From assembly GCA_031370005.1 (NCBI GenBank), contig JANMPT010000101.1:1-56670 (forward strand): a stretch of 56,670 bases of DNA, in the 5' to 3' direction. Position numbers and translations under genes: made by a program. The notes below the pieces were generated by a model. That model was not told where the DNA came from. It did not search any database and worked only from the letters and a program-made list of their open reading frames with translations. Shown here piece by piece: positions 36,350 through 47,024 of this stretch (positions within the stretch are counted from its first letter, which is position 1; each line of letters opens with the position of its first letter). Source of the stretch: Bdellovibrionales bacterium. Lineage in GTDB: Bacteria; Bdellovibrionota; Bdellovibrionia; Bdellovibrionales; Bdellovibrionaceae.

Positions 36350-37392
36350 AAAAGCTCGTACTTTCTCTCTAAAGCTCCCGAATCAATAAGAATGTCTGCA
36401 AACGGTCGATAGTCAGGAAACTCAGCTAAACTTTTAACAACTCTTCTTAGCGTTCCAGCAAGGTATTTTAAATAACGTGTGTCATTTCGTAAGTTGTAAA
36501 AACTTGCAAAGCTTCCACAGGCTTTAAAGCAGCGCTGAATACTTTGTAATTCGTAGATTTCGTTAAAATGTTCCCGTGAAAAATCCTTTGGCAAATACTC
36601 CTTAGAGCACGCCAAATAGTATTCCATTAGTATGTTTGCCATCTCATCGTTCATATTGACATACGAGTCTTTGAACAAACTAACAAGATCGTATTGAATT
36701 GGACCTAAGCGAGCATCTTGAAAGTCAATCACCTTCATCTCATCAAGCTTAATCATCAGATTGCGTGAATGATAATCGCGATGTGCAATTTTTTTGGGTT
36801 CATGATCAAGCTTTGTGCAGATATCGATAAAAATCCTCTGAATTTCTTTTACAGAAACATCCGTCCATTCAAACTTTAGAACTCCCGTGATGAGATTGTC
36901 GTTTCCATAGTTCATTTCCCAAAGAAACTTCTCAGTATCGAATTTAATATTAAATGCCGTGCAATTACCCGGAGTCGCCGTTGCCTTGTGATGTATCTTA
37001 ATGATCTGATCCACCGCCATTTTATAGAAATCCAGAGAGGCTTCTTGGCTTTGACTCTCAAGAAATTTTCTTTCAAGCGTCAAGTCGCCAAGATCCTCAA
37101 GCAGAACAAGTCCCTCTTGAGGAGCCAAAGAAACAACCTCCGGGACATTGATGCCGACTTTTGCAAAGTGCCTTAGAACACTTAAAAATGGATAGCTTTC
37201 AACCTCAAAAGGCTCCCACCGCATGAGTACCCAGGATTGATGATCAAGAATCACGCGATAGTAACGACGATTTGAGGCATCACCGGCAAGAGAGTAAACT
37301 TTAAAATCAGCGCTTTTAAGAGAGTTTTTCAAAAAGGCCTGGATGAACTCTTCCATAGAATTTATCCTTACAGACGAGACCTCAAAAAGCAA
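36346..37392 (-). CDS. amgK: APH-family phosphotransferase, AmgK-like anomeric MurNAc/GlcNAc kinase
   Basis: LAGDASNRRYYR, LEDLGD, HRDYHSRNLM and IDFQDARLGP motifs. The true start may be ATG 37356 (MEEFIQ). Confidence 0.8.
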   Translation of the reverse strand: MLFEVSSVRINSMEEFIQAFLKNSLKSADFKVYSLAGDASNRRYYRVILDHQSWVLMRWEPFEVESYPFLSVLRHFAKVGINVPEVVSLAPQEGLVLLEDLGDLTLERKFLESQSQEASLDFYKMAVDQIIKIHHKATATPGNCTAFNIKFDTEKFLWEMNYGNDNLITGVLKFEWTDVSVKEIQRIFIDICTKLDHEPKKIAHRDYHSRNLMIKLDEMKVIDFQDARLGPIQYDLVSLFKDSYVNMNDEMANILMEYYLACSKEYLPKDFSREHFNEIYELQSIQRCFKACGSFASFYNLRNDTRYLKYLAGTLRRVVKSLAEFPDYRPFADILIDSGALERKYELL

Positions 37393-37398
37393 GACACC

Positions 37399-38169
37399 TT
37401 AGTGAAGGTCTTGGTTCTCTTCTTTATGGAAAAATAAATCTAATAATTCACGTAATACTTTTGAGTTTAAAGGTGCGCGCTCGACCTCAAGATGGGAGGT
37501 CCGGATGTCTTTGCTCAGGTCCGCATTAACAAGACATCGGCTTAAATCCTCAAGGGATTGAGTTGAGCTTGTCAAAACCAAAGGCTCGGATAATGAGCGT
37601 GGTGACCTCAAGTACTCGGCCAGCAGCTCTTGATATTTTGGGGAAAGTGTTTCTATATTTTCCACAAAAAGTGTCATGCCGCCGAGATTGCAGATATCCA
37701 TTACCTCATGAAGCTCATTGCAAACATCCTCAAAAGGAACAAACGCCCAGCGGGCTGAAAATTCGTGTATTTGCAAAGCGATTTTTTTAATAAGCGAATT
37801 ATCATGACCATACAAGTGCAGCAAAGAAGTAATGAGTGTTTGACTTCCATAGTCTTCGGGATCAGCAAAGGCATTCAGGTTGCTCTCGCGGCGCTCAAGA
37901 AACTCAGTATAGAGTTTCGGCTCCAAAACCATGCGTACAAGTTGCGCTACACTTGTCTTCTTTTCCGAAGAAAGCTCCCACCCATGCGGAATAACTGCAG
38001 CTCCTAAAAACTGTTCTTGAACAACAATAGGAATATACAAATCGTTCCCCTGAACAATGGGCTCTGCATCTTCTCGCAATACAGAAAGATCCATCAAACG
38101 ACGAAGCTCCAAGCCCTTCCCATAGCGACTACTTAATAACTGTTTCAGTTTAACTATTGCTACATCCAT
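37399..38169 (-). CDS. Hypothetical protein with degenerate sigma54-activator-like AAA region
   Basis: KIALQIHEFS.R and GGMTLFVENIETLSPKYQELL resemble an enhancer-binding AAA domain lacking Walker A and GAFTGA. Confidence 0.55.
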   Translation of the reverse strand: MDVAIVKLKQLLSSRYGKGLELRRLMDLSVLREDAEPIVQGNDLYIPIVVQEQFLGAAVIPHGWELSSEKKTSVAQLVRMVLEPKLYTEFLERRESNLNAFADPEDYGSQTLITSLLHLYGHDNSLIKKIALQIHEFSARWAFVPFEDVCNELHEVMDICNLGGMTLFVENIETLSPKYQELLAEYLRSPRSLSEPLVLTSSTQSLEDLSRCLVNADLSKDIRTSHLEVERAPLNSKVLRELLDLFFHKEENQDLH

Positions 38170-38217
38170 CCAGTACCCCTCTGGTCCCCAATTTTAGACC
38201 CAACAGAGGAACTCATT

Positions 38218-38233
38218 TACAAGACTCGTGCCG
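38218..38233 (-). promoter_or_regulatory. Putative sigma54 promoter
   Basis: CGGCACGAGTCTTGTA on the minus strand, about 50 bp upstream of 38169. Confidence 0.5.
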
Positions 38234-38287
38234 CAATTTGTCCCTTTAGGGGTAATTTAAATAAATAAGTAGTTTCAAATAGTTATG

Positions 38288-38321
38288 AAAAACAAAAAGC
38301 CCCTCTCCGATTGAGAAGGGC
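38288..38321 (-). terminator. Rho-independent terminator
   Basis: Minus strand GCCCTTCTC-AATCG-GAGAGGGGC followed by TTTTTGTTTTT, downstream of 38373..39929. Confidence 0.75.
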
Positions 38322-38372
38322 CCTTATATTCTGGTCATTACAGTAAATCTTTCAGAGCTCTATGCCTTGAAG

Positions 38373-39929
38373 TTAGCGGGCAAGTTTACGCTTATCAAGA
38401 CCGTATTTTTCAACCTTCATAATCAAACCAGCGCGGCTGATACCAAGCTCTTTTGCCAATTTGGATTTGTTCCAGCCTGTGCGGCGAAGGCCTTCGCGAA
38501 TCATTTCGCGTTCAAGATCTTCCAAAGCATCTTTTAGTTTCCCTTGCAAACGGGCCCCTTGAACTTTGTTCTTATCCCCAGACTCGAGAACTTTTGGCGA
38601 CATCAGTTCAGCCATCAATTTAGTTTCGTCGCCAGAAAGCACGACAAGACGTTCAATTTCATTTTGAAGTTCTCGGACGTTACCAGGCCAAGCGTAGTCA
38701 AAGAGTTTTTCAAGTGCACGTTTGGTAAGAACACGTTTTGCGCCACCTTGAGTTTCAGAAATCTTACCCAAGAAATAATCCACTAGATATGGGATATCTT
38801 CTTTTCTTTCGCGCAGAGGTGGAACCCGGATATTTATAACATTCAAGCGATAGTACAAGTCTTCACGGAATGTTCCTTGCTCAACCATCTCCTTAAGGTT
38901 TCTATTGGTCGCGGCAACAATGCGCACATCAACCTTTCTTTGCTCCGTAGCTCCCACTGGAGTAAAAGTACCCTCTTGCAATACACGGAGAAGTTTTACT
39001 TGCATCGTCGGAGACGTGTCCCCGATCTCATCAAGAAAAAACGTTCCCTTGTCGGCCATTTCGAAAAGACCTTTTTTATCTTTCAAGGCGCCCGTGAATG
39101 AGCCTCTTACGTGGCCAAATAGTTCTGATTCCAAAAGATTGTCATTAAAAGCAGAACAGTTCTGTATCACAAAAGACTTATCTTTACGGTGAGAATTGTA
39201 ATGGATCGATTTAGCAATTAGCTCCTTACCCGTACCGTTTTCGCCTTGAACAAGAACCGTTGAATCAGCACCCTTAATTTTATCAAGCAAAGCATAAAGA
39301 GACTGCATCGGTTTAGATTTACCGATCATATTATCATATTTAAAACGATTCCCGAGCTCCTTGCTGAGCTCTTTGATTCTATTTTCACGAGAGGTGATTT
39401 CTAAATGAAGCGTCACTATCTCCTGTGAAACAAGCTCACACACTTCGCAAAAATGATTCCTGTCTTGATCCTCGAGATACTTTAACTTGCCAAGGCATAT
39501 TTCGATTGTATCTGCGCTCATCCCAAATGCAGCCATACGCTCACGAATTTCCTCAAGACGTGGCGCGTGATTTTGCTCGCGGAAGAAGCCTGTAGCGACT
39601 ACTGCTCCAACGAAATCATTTTCAATAAGGATAGGAAAAATACCAACATCGAAGCCGACCATGTCCCACTTTTTTAATACGTAGCGATTTTGCGATGTTC
39701 GGAGGTCATCAATTGTTTTAACAACCATTTCGCCAATACTTGCCTTCGCAGTCTCTTTTTGCATCAACTGAGCAACTACAGGATTATTGAATTGCGTTTT
39801 CTCTTGATCAAAACCCTTGATTTGACCGCGCTCATTGGTAAAGACGACGTCGATATTCCACCAGGCGCCCAAAATCTGCTTGAGTTTTTTAATCACATGA
39901 ATATGTTCAAACTCATCCCAATTGATCAT
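38373..39929 (-). CDS. Sigma54-dependent Fis-family transcriptional activator with N-terminal PocR-like sensor domain
   Basis: GENGTGKE, ESELFGH..GSFTGA, FLDEIG, FREDLYYRL, WPGNVREL and a C-terminal HTH. Confidence 0.92.
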   Translation of the reverse strand: MINWDEFEHIHVIKKLKQILGAWWNIDVVFTNERGQIKGFDQEKTQFNNPVVAQLMQKETAKASIGEMVVKTIDDLRTSQNRYVLKKWDMVGFDVGIFPILIENDFVGAVVATGFFREQNHAPRLEEIRERMAAFGMSADTIEICLGKLKYLEDQDRNHFCEVCELVSQEIVTLHLEITSRENRIKELSKELGNRFKYDNMIGKSKPMQSLYALLDKIKGADSTVLVQGENGTGKELIAKSIHYNSHRKDKSFVIQNCSAFNDNLLESELFGHVRGSFTGALKDKKGLFEMADKGTFFLDEIGDTSPTMQVKLLRVLQEGTFTPVGATEQRKVDVRIVAATNRNLKEMVEQGTFREDLYYRLNVINIRVPPLRERKEDIPYLVDYFLGKISETQGGAKRVLTKRALEKLFDYAWPGNVRELQNEIERLVVLSGDETKLMAELMSPKVLESGDKNKVQGARLQGKLKDALEDLEREMIREGLRRTGWNKSKLAKELGISRAGLIMKVEKYGLDKRKLAR

Positions 39930-40074
39930 AACAAATGCTCCTTCTTAAACTGCCTAATCTTCCAACTTTTATATCGTCAAAAAATTGGACAAACTTAAGG
40001 GAAATAAGAGGAAATCAATACGGTCTTGTCAAAAAAATCATCACATACGCCTTAGGTCTAGTATTGGTTTTAGC

Positions 40075-41796
40075 TTAGATGCGATGCTGAAGAGTATAGA
40101 AGCGATGGTATTCACCTTTAGCCTCGAGCAGCTGTTGGTGGGTTCCTATTTCAACAAGTTGACCAGACTTGAGAACCAAGATTTTATCAGCGGTTTGAAT
40201 AGTCGAAAGTCGATGGGCAATAATCAACGCAGTACGCCCCTCCATAAGATAGTCTAGGCCCTTTTGAACTTCAATTTCGCTAGAGGTATCCAAAGCGCTG
40301 GTGGCCTCGTCTAGAATCAAAACAGGAGCGTTCTTAAACAAGGCTCTAGCGATGCTAATTCTTTGCTTCTCACCACCAGACAAAAGATTCCCGCGGTCAC
40401 CCACCAAGCTTTGGTAGCTCTGAGGCATGCGTACTATAAAGTCATGAGCATTGGCGTGCTTTGCCATAGATGGAACATCAGCCAATGGGCGATCAAAATC
40501 GCCAGCTTGAATATTCTTTTCGATGGAATCACTAAAGAGAAAAACATCTTGGTTTACGAGGGCAATATTTTTACGAAGATCTTGAAGGCAGATGTCCAGG
40601 ATATTTATATCATCAATAATGATCTCCCCAGAACTCGCATCAAAAAAACGTTCAAGCAAGTTCACAAGCGTAGACTTGCCACTGCCGCTTTCGCCGACCA
40701 GAGCCAGTCGCTCTCCGCGATGAATCGTTAGATTGATATTTTTAAGAATCAAGTCTTTGCCGTATGCAAAAGAAACATCCTTATAAACAATGGTTTTCCA
40801 GTCCACAGGGAATGGTAATTTTTTATGACTTTCCGTAACAACATTTGGATTATCGACAATCGAATAAACTCGTTGTGCCGAAACAATGACTTCTTGAATA
40901 CGCACATAGCTTTCTTGGAATTTTTTAAGTGGCATATTCATGCCGATCAGTGAGGACACGTAGGTAATAAAAGACCCCATGCTGGCATGTCCGCTGCCAA
41001 TTTCAGCACTAATATATAGTAAAACACCCAGAATCAAGAGCGTCGCAATAAGCTCAGAAACAGGCCCCATCATTTCAACGCGCGAGTGGATTTTTTTTCG
41101 GTTGCGGAGATAGACCTCCGATTCATTAACAAGCTTCTCAGCCATCACTTTTTCGAGATTAAAAGATTGAATAACGCGAACGCCATCAAGTGATTCTTTA
41201 ATCGTTGAAGTCATTTTTTCAAGATTGTCCTGACCCAAAGGCAAATATTTACGTAGACTTCGAGAAATACTTTTTTGAAAAAGCACAATGAGTGGGACAA
41301 CCAAAAGTAAACTTAGAGTCAATTTCCAATTCGTTCGAAAAAGATTGAAAAAGAGCGTTGCCATTAACAAAGGGGAACTGAAGATGTCCGCAATCATACG
41401 AAGACCATCTTGGATCACCTTCACATCGTTTAAAATTCTAGAAATTAAACCACCCGAACCCGAGGCATAAGTATTATGAAACGAAAGACTTAACTTCATA
41501 AATTTACGTTGCAGCCTTTGGCGAATATTTTGAGTCATGCATTCGGCAACATAATTCATAAGGAATATATGAAAGTAGCGGCTGACAGCTACGGCAACAG
41601 CCAAGACTAGGATCGTGGCTCCGATGTTTGTTGCCGCGGGAATATTTTTAGAAGTCAGTGCATCGACCAAATACTGAAGTTGCGCCAAGATCATACCTGA
41701 ACAAAGTGCGTATATAACTCCTGTGCCAGCAATAATAATAAGAGTTTTTTTGAAGGGTCTTGCCTCACTCAAAATTCGGGATAATTCTGACTTCAT
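40075..41796 (-). CDS. ABC exporter, fused permease/ATPase (MsbA-like)
   Basis: TM domain plus GESGSGKS, LSGGEKQR, ILDEATSALD and IAHRLST motifs. Confidence 0.9.
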   Translation of the reverse strand: MKSELSRILSEARPFKKTLIIIAGTGVIYALCSGMILAQLQYLVDALTSKNIPAATNIGATILVLAVAVAVSRYFHIFLMNYVAECMTQNIRQRLQRKFMKLSLSFHNTYASGSGGLISRILNDVKVIQDGLRMIADIFSSPLLMATLFFNLFRTNWKLTLSLLLVVPLIVLFQKSISRSLRKYLPLGQDNLEKMTSTIKESLDGVRVIQSFNLEKVMAEKLVNESEVYLRNRKKIHSRVEMMGPVSELIATLLILGVLLYISAEIGSGHASMGSFITYVSSLIGMNMPLKKFQESYVRIQEVIVSAQRVYSIVDNPNVVTESHKKLPFPVDWKTIVYKDVSFAYGKDLILKNINLTIHRGERLALVGESGSGKSTLVNLLERFFDASSGEIIIDDINILDICLQDLRKNIALVNQDVFLFSDSIEKNIQAGDFDRPLADVPSMAKHANAHDFIVRMPQSYQSLVGDRGNLLSGGEKQRISIARALFKNAPVLILDEATSALDTSSEIEVQKGLDYLMEGRTALIIAHRLSTIQTADKILVLKSGQLVEIGTHQQLLEAKGEYHRFYTLQHRI

Positions 41797-44672
41797 TTGG
41801 TGTAGCTTTCCACATAGCGTTTCAGATATTGCCCCGTCAGGCTTTTCTTTTCAGAAATCACCTCTTCAGGCGTTCCTTTAGCGACGATATTACCGCCTTT
41901 TTTACCAGCCTCTGGGCCAAGATCAATAATATAATCGGCCTCGCGAATCACATCTTGATTATGTTCAACAACGATAACGCTGCCACCAGCATCAATAAGT
42001 TTATTCAATACTTTCATCAAAAGAGCCACCTCACGAAAGTGCAGACCTGTGGTTGGTTCATCCAAAATATATAAAGTCGCCTTTTGGCTTACGTTTGAAA
42101 GCTCTTTAGCTATCTTAAGGCGTTGGGACTCTCCACCACTCAGGCTATTGGCAGGTTGGCCGATTTGCAGATAGTCCAAACCGACCTCTTTCAGAACACT
42201 CAGGGGCTTCCGTATATTCGGGTGCGCCACGAAAAATCCCATGGCCTCATGAACAGTCATCTGAAGTATCTCATAAGTATTTTTACCTTTATACTGAATC
42301 TCAAGAATTTCAGGACGATACTTTTTACTATCGCAAACATCGCAGGGAATGATTACATTGTCCATGAACTGCATGTCGATCTCTTCATAACCCGTGCCTT
42401 TACAGGAAGGACAGCGTCCGCCATCGACATTCAAGCTGAAGGTCCCAGGTGTATAACCACGCGCCTTGGCCTCCGGAGTTGCGGCCATAAGATTGCGAAT
42501 AAGATCAAAGGCCTTTAGATAGGTGATCGGAGAGCTCCGGGCCGACTTACCAATTGCTGATTGATCAATCAAAAGAATATTTTTAATGTTTTCAACACCT
42601 TTGATTTTTTTATATTCCTGGACTGGAAGATATTCGATATCCAAAGCGCGTGCGAGTGCTGGGTACAAAGTCTTCGTCACTAAAGTAGACTTCCCGGACC
42701 CACTCACGCCAGTAACGGCAACTAGACGATTCAAAGGGAAGACAACATCCACATCTTTCAAGTTGTGACCTTTGGCACCCTCGAGTTCAATTTTAAATTT
42801 ATAATTGGCAAGATCCACTGGGCGCACTGGTTGGAAAGGTGCTTCGTTCTTGACATGCTTCAAGAATGGAACCGTAACAGACTGTTTGCAGTCATAGAAT
42901 TTTTTCGTGGGTCCGGAATAAACAACTTCTCCACCAAGATATCCAGAACCAGGTCCCATCTCGATAATATTTTCACTGCTTTCAATCACATCACGATCAT
43001 GTTCTACAATTACCAAAGTATTACCGAGATCTTTTAGGTCTTTTAAAATCTGAATCAAGCGATCATTGTCACGTGGATGAAGACCTACTGTGGGTTCGTC
43101 AAGAACATATAGAGTCTGAGAAAGCCCCATTCCAAGTTGATTGGCCAACATCAGGCGCTGGTACTCTCCGCCTGAAAGCGTTCGAGTCTCACGGCTTAAT
43201 GAAAGATAATGTACGCCCACTCGGATCAAAAAATCCAGGCGTGCACGGATTTGTTTTAGAACTTCGCCAGAAACCTCAATTTGGTGGGGCTTCAAAGAAA
43301 GTTTTTTAAAGAATGCACCCAGGTCTTCAATTGTTTTTGAAGACAAGTCTTCAATATTGATTCCGCCAATAAACACATTCAAGGCTTCTTTTCGTAAGCG
43401 GGCACCATAACAGGTGCTGCACAAAAAAGGACTGCGATAGCGAGCAATAAAGACTCGTACGTGCATCTTATATTTAATTTGGTCTAAGTACTCAAAAAGA
43501 CCCTTCACTCCAAAGAAGTCACCATGGCCATTCCAGATCATGTCTTTTTGTGCCTTTGGCAAATCCTTCCACGGTGTATGTGGATCGATTTTCATTTTTT
43601 TGCAAAAAGTGTTTAGCTGGCGCCGCTCATGGGCTGCGCTCGGCATCGTGAATGGTTGAAGAGCCCCGGCAGCGATACTAAGATTTGGATTGGGAATAAC
43701 TTTTTTTTCGTCTACGTCAAGAGTATTACCGAAACCTTTACACGTAGGGCATGCCCCAATGGGGCTATTAAAACTAAATAACGCCGAAGTCGTTGGCGGA
43801 GGTGTATAGGCGCAAATAGGGCAAGAGGCCTCTTCACTAACCTGAATTTTTTCGCCTCCAGTCGTCTGAATGGTCGCGCGGCGGGAAATTACATTTGTAT
43901 TATATTTGATACTGGCTTCATAAGCATTGGCCATAGAATCTGCGATACGAGCGGCATCAGCTTCGCTGAAGGACAGACGATCAATTACCAAAAAAAATGA
44001 ACTCTTAGGAAGTCCCTTTTTAATCGCGGCCGCTTCGCTGATTTCGACGAGGGCTCCCATCTCCTCATCAAGAATTGCTGAAGCTACTTTTTTAGTCGCT
44101 GTCTTTACTGGAGGCTTAGACACTTTCGGAATATAAATTCGCAAGTAGCCATCTTGCAATAAAAGAGAATGAAGTTTCTTTCCCTCAGCAACACGTCCCT
44201 CAGCAGTTATCTCCACCAGGATATAACCGCGTTTTCCGTCAAAAAGTTTAATTACCTTATCAGTAGCTTCGGTGACACTTTCTTTTTCGCAGGGGATTTT
44301 ATGAGTTGGACAATACGCCGTACCAAGTTTTTCAAAAAGCAGCCGAAGATAATCGATCACCTCTGTTGCTGTACCCACAGTCGAGCGACTGCTTTTAACG
44401 GTATTTTTTTGTTCAATGGAAATCGCAGGCGGAATATTATTAATACCTTCAATATCCGGCTTCGGGGCCTTGTTTAAAAATTGTCGAGCATAATTCGACA
44501 TGCTCTCAATAAAGCGACGCTGTCCTTCCGCGAAGAGAGTCTCAAAAGCTAAAGAGCTTTTGCCAGAACCTGAAGGACCGCAAATCACAGTAAGTTGCCC
44601 CACCGGGATTTTGACCTCGATGTTCTTCAGATTATTTTGTCTCACCCCCCAAAGGTGAATTTCTTTCATCAA
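41793..44672 (-). CDS. uvrA: Excinuclease ABC subunit UvrA
   Basis: Two ABC ATPase modules (GPSGSGKSS; GVSGSGKST), AEGQRRF, CxxC zinc motifs, two LSGGE. May be a second paralogue. Confidence 0.95.
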   Translation of the reverse strand: MMKEIHLWGVRQNNLKNIEVKIPVGQLTVICGPSGSGKSSLAFETLFAEGQRRFIESMSNYARQFLNKAPKPDIEGINNIPPAISIEQKNTVKSSRSTVGTATEVIDYLRLLFEKLGTAYCPTHKIPCEKESVTEATDKVIKLFDGKRGYILVEITAEGRVAEGKKLHSLLLQDGYLRIYIPKVSKPPVKTATKKVASAILDEEMGALVEISEAAAIKKGLPKSSFFLVIDRLSFSEADAARIADSMANAYEASIKYNTNVISRRATIQTTGGEKIQVSEEASCPICAYTPPPTTSALFSFNSPIGACPTCKGFGNTLDVDEKKVIPNPNLSIAAGALQPFTMPSAAHERRQLNTFCKKMKIDPHTPWKDLPKAQKDMIWNGHGDFFGVKGLFEYLDQIKYKMHVRVFIARYRSPFLCSTCYGARLRKEALNVFIGGINIEDLSSKTIEDLGAFFKKLSLKPHQIEVSGEVLKQIRARLDFLIRVGVHYLSLSRETRTLSGGEYQRLMLANQLGMGLSQTLYVLDEPTVGLHPRDNDRLIQILKDLKDLGNTLVIVEHDRDVIESSENIIEMGPGSGYLGGEVVYSGPTKKFYDCKQSVTVPFLKHVKNEAPFQPVRPVDLANYKFKIELEGAKGHNLKDVDVVFPLNRLVAVTGVSGSGKSTLVTKTLYPALARALDIEYLPVQEYKKIKGVENIKNILLIDQSAIGKSARSSPITYLKAFDLIRNLMAATPEAKARGYTPGTFSLNVDGGRCPSCKGTGYEEIDMQFMDNVIIPCDVCDSKKYRPEILEIQYKGKNTYEILQMTVHEAMGFFVAHPNIRKPLSVLKEVGLDYLQIGQPANSLSGGESQRLKIAKELSNVSQKATLYILDEPTTGLHFREVALLMKVLNKLIDAGGSVIVVEHNQDVIREADYIIDLGPEAGKKGGNIVAKGTPEEVISEKKSLTGQYLKRYVESYTK

Positions 44673-44794
44673 ACAAATCCTAGCTTAAATAGTTCAGTGA
44701 GATCCGAATAGGAGAATATCTAATAAAGATATATACTACAACAATTTAGAGTCCGGAGACGGCGAGCAGAATACTGCTAAACCCTGGCTTTTAC

Positions 44795-45694
44795 TTATTT
44801 TATAAGGTCTTGCGCGGATTTGCCGAGCTCTAATAACATTTTCTGAACTTTATCGTAATCCTTCTGATTGGCGTCTTTGAAATTATCCATATGATAGAGA
44901 TTATAAAGAACCTTTGCGCCTTTCTCCTCTTTCACCATTTTCTTAATAGCCTCAATCACCTTTTGTCGAAGCACAGGCGGAAAATCCTTACGGAAAACAA
45001 TGGGGTCGTTTGGAATTGGCTCTGTCTTTGCGATAATGACGATTTGTTCAAAAACATCTGGGAACTGTGTTAGCACAAGCTTTCGTGCGTCTTGCGGAAC
45101 TCCATTTTCAGCAGGTGTATGATAAGTTGCCCCCGCGTCCACTTGCCGCTGATAGACCATAGTAACGACGCTATCGTGACGACCCGCAAACACAACCTCC
45201 TTGGGTTTTACATTTGCATCCTTCAGGAGTTTCGATGGCAGAACAAACCCCGAACCAGAAGAGGGATCGACGAACGCCATTTTCTTGTTATTGATGTCTT
45301 TCAGGGTTTTCGGGCCATCTTTTCTTGCGATTATTTGTCCCCAATATACGTCGCGCCCCTTATAAACCCCTGTCAATGCAGCTTCCGCGCCATATTTTTC
45401 ATGCGCTAATAGATAACCAAAGGTGTTCATAATGGCGATATCAGCACGTTTAGATCCCAAGGCCTCAATCACAGCAATATAGCTTGAAGGAACACTCACC
45501 TCAAATGGAAGTCCCGTTTTCTCTTTGAGATAGGCCTCGAGCTCTTTGCCATTTTCCTCAAGAACCTTAGTGTCTTGCCCAGGAACCAACAAAATCTTGA
45601 TCGGATTTCCGGCAGTGCCTACTTCTGTTTTGGAGGTACAGTTGGCAAATGCAATAAGGCTTATAAAAAGAACAAAAATATTTTTCATAGACAT
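44795..45694 (-). CDS. Phosphate/phosphite/phosphonate ABC substrate-binding lipoprotein (PhnD-like)
   Basis: Lipobox-like FANC, DPSSGSGF, AGRHDSV and PIPNDP motifs; no permease genes adjacent. Confidence 0.85.
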   Translation of the reverse strand: MSMKNIFVLFISLIAFANCTSKTEVGTAGNPIKILLVPGQDTKVLEENGKELEAYLKEKTGLPFEVSVPSSYIAVIEALGSKRADIAIMNTFGYLLAHEKYGAEAALTGVYKGRDVYWGQIIARKDGPKTLKDINNKKMAFVDPSSGSGFVLPSKLLKDANVKPKEVVFAGRHDSVVTMVYQRQVDAGATYHTPAENGVPQDARKLVLTQFPDVFEQIVIIAKTEPIPNDPIVFRKDFPPVLRQKVIEAIKKMVKEEKGAKVLYNLYHMDNFKDANQKDYDKVQKMLLELGKSAQDLIK

Positions 45695-45774
45695 TACGGA
45701 ACAACACTAGGCGTTCAAGGCCATTTTGCAAGTTGTTTCGAAAAAATCTAACCGATTTTAGAAATAAGTTTTAT

Positions 45775-46167
45775 TCAGGGACGGGCCTCGCAAGAAATGG
45801 AATCGCCCCAAGAGTCTCTCCAATCGGTTCTGCCGATAGTTCTTAATTTTTCTTGTATGATTCCACGCGCAGTCTCGCGATCAGTCTCGACAGAAAAGTG
45901 TCTTTCCTGACCATTTTGATCTGGGAGCCTTAACTCAAAAGCAAGGTACAGCTCCCCATCCCAAGAAGGACCGACCTTCACCCCGGGAACGTCCACCCCG
46001 GCAATCTTTAAAGTCGCGCTTCCTAACTGACTCTCCCCTTGGCAACGCTGAATCTCGATTTCATAAATTCCTGATCCCGAGGTGCACTTATATTTGCCGC
46101 CACAAGAACTAGCGAATGCATTTTGAGCAAATGAGAAAAACAAAAACGTAAATAATAATTTTTTCAT
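45775..46167 (-). CDS. Exported hypothetical protein (4 Cys)
   Basis: GGAG RBS, signal peptide AFA|SS. Confidence 0.75.
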   Translation of the reverse strand: MKKLLFTFLFFSFAQNAFASSCGGKYKCTSGSGIYEIEIQRCQGESQLGSATLKIAGVDVPGVKVGPSWDGELYLAFELRLPDQNGQERHFSVETDRETARGIIQEKLRTIGRTDWRDSWGDSISCEARP

Positions 46168-46472
46168 ATATAGTTCTCCGGGTGAATGAGATGAGGCATC
46201 TATAGCCGAGTATACCCGCTGAGTTAATATAAAAATTGTCTTAATTCAGTGACGAAGCCAAGTCAATATGGCCTTTGACATAAAAGAGTAAGGTTTTAAA
46301 AACGAATCCGCAAGTCTTGCAGAATTATTAAAATATGGTCGATAAGAAAAATAACTAGCACACGTCAAAAGCGGCCCCAAATAGGGTCAATCCCCTGCCC
46401 CATTGATAAAATCCGCAAGACGATGCGTTCCCTCTATAAAACTCTGCGGCGGCAACTTGCTTAGACGATATC

Positions 46473-46994
46473 CTCTACAGGCTTTGTGATGAGGTAGATA
46501 TTTTGTTATTTAGAAAAACTGACAAGCAGAAAAAAGTATTTGTAAAAACCAGGCGCAAGTACACTGATGTCAGTCAGCCAAATCAATTATGGCAATTTGA
46601 TTTAAAATATATATAGATCCATGGAGAGAATCGTTGGTGTTTTTTCTTGGGCTTTATAGATGTGGTATCTAAGAAAGTTACGGGCTGGTATGTTGGCAAG
46701 ACCTGCAAAGCTAGGGATTTGGTTTTTACACTTAACCAGGCTATTAAGAATGAAAACATTACAGCTAACCAGCCTCTGGCAATCAGATCTGATAATGGCC
46801 CACAGATGTCGAGCAATAGATTTTATTTTTATTTAAAAAATTTGGAAAAGAAATTAACCCATGAGTTTATTCCGCCAAGATCACCAGATCGAAATGCTTA
46901 CATCGAAGCCTTCAACTCAATTTTGGAAACTGAAGTTTTAAAAGTTCTTTTTTCGATATGCTTGGAAGCCAAGAAGATGCGGGTCAAATTTTAA
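46473..46994 (+). pseudogene. IS3-family transposase remnant (integrase core)
   Basis: PNQLWQFDLKYI*IHGE..FIDV, IRSDNGPQM and NAYIEAFNS motifs. In-frame TAG at 46614; both ends truncated. Confidence 0.85.
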
Positions 46995-47024
46995 ATTTGA
47001 ATGCAGAGATTTCTGGCTCTCAAA

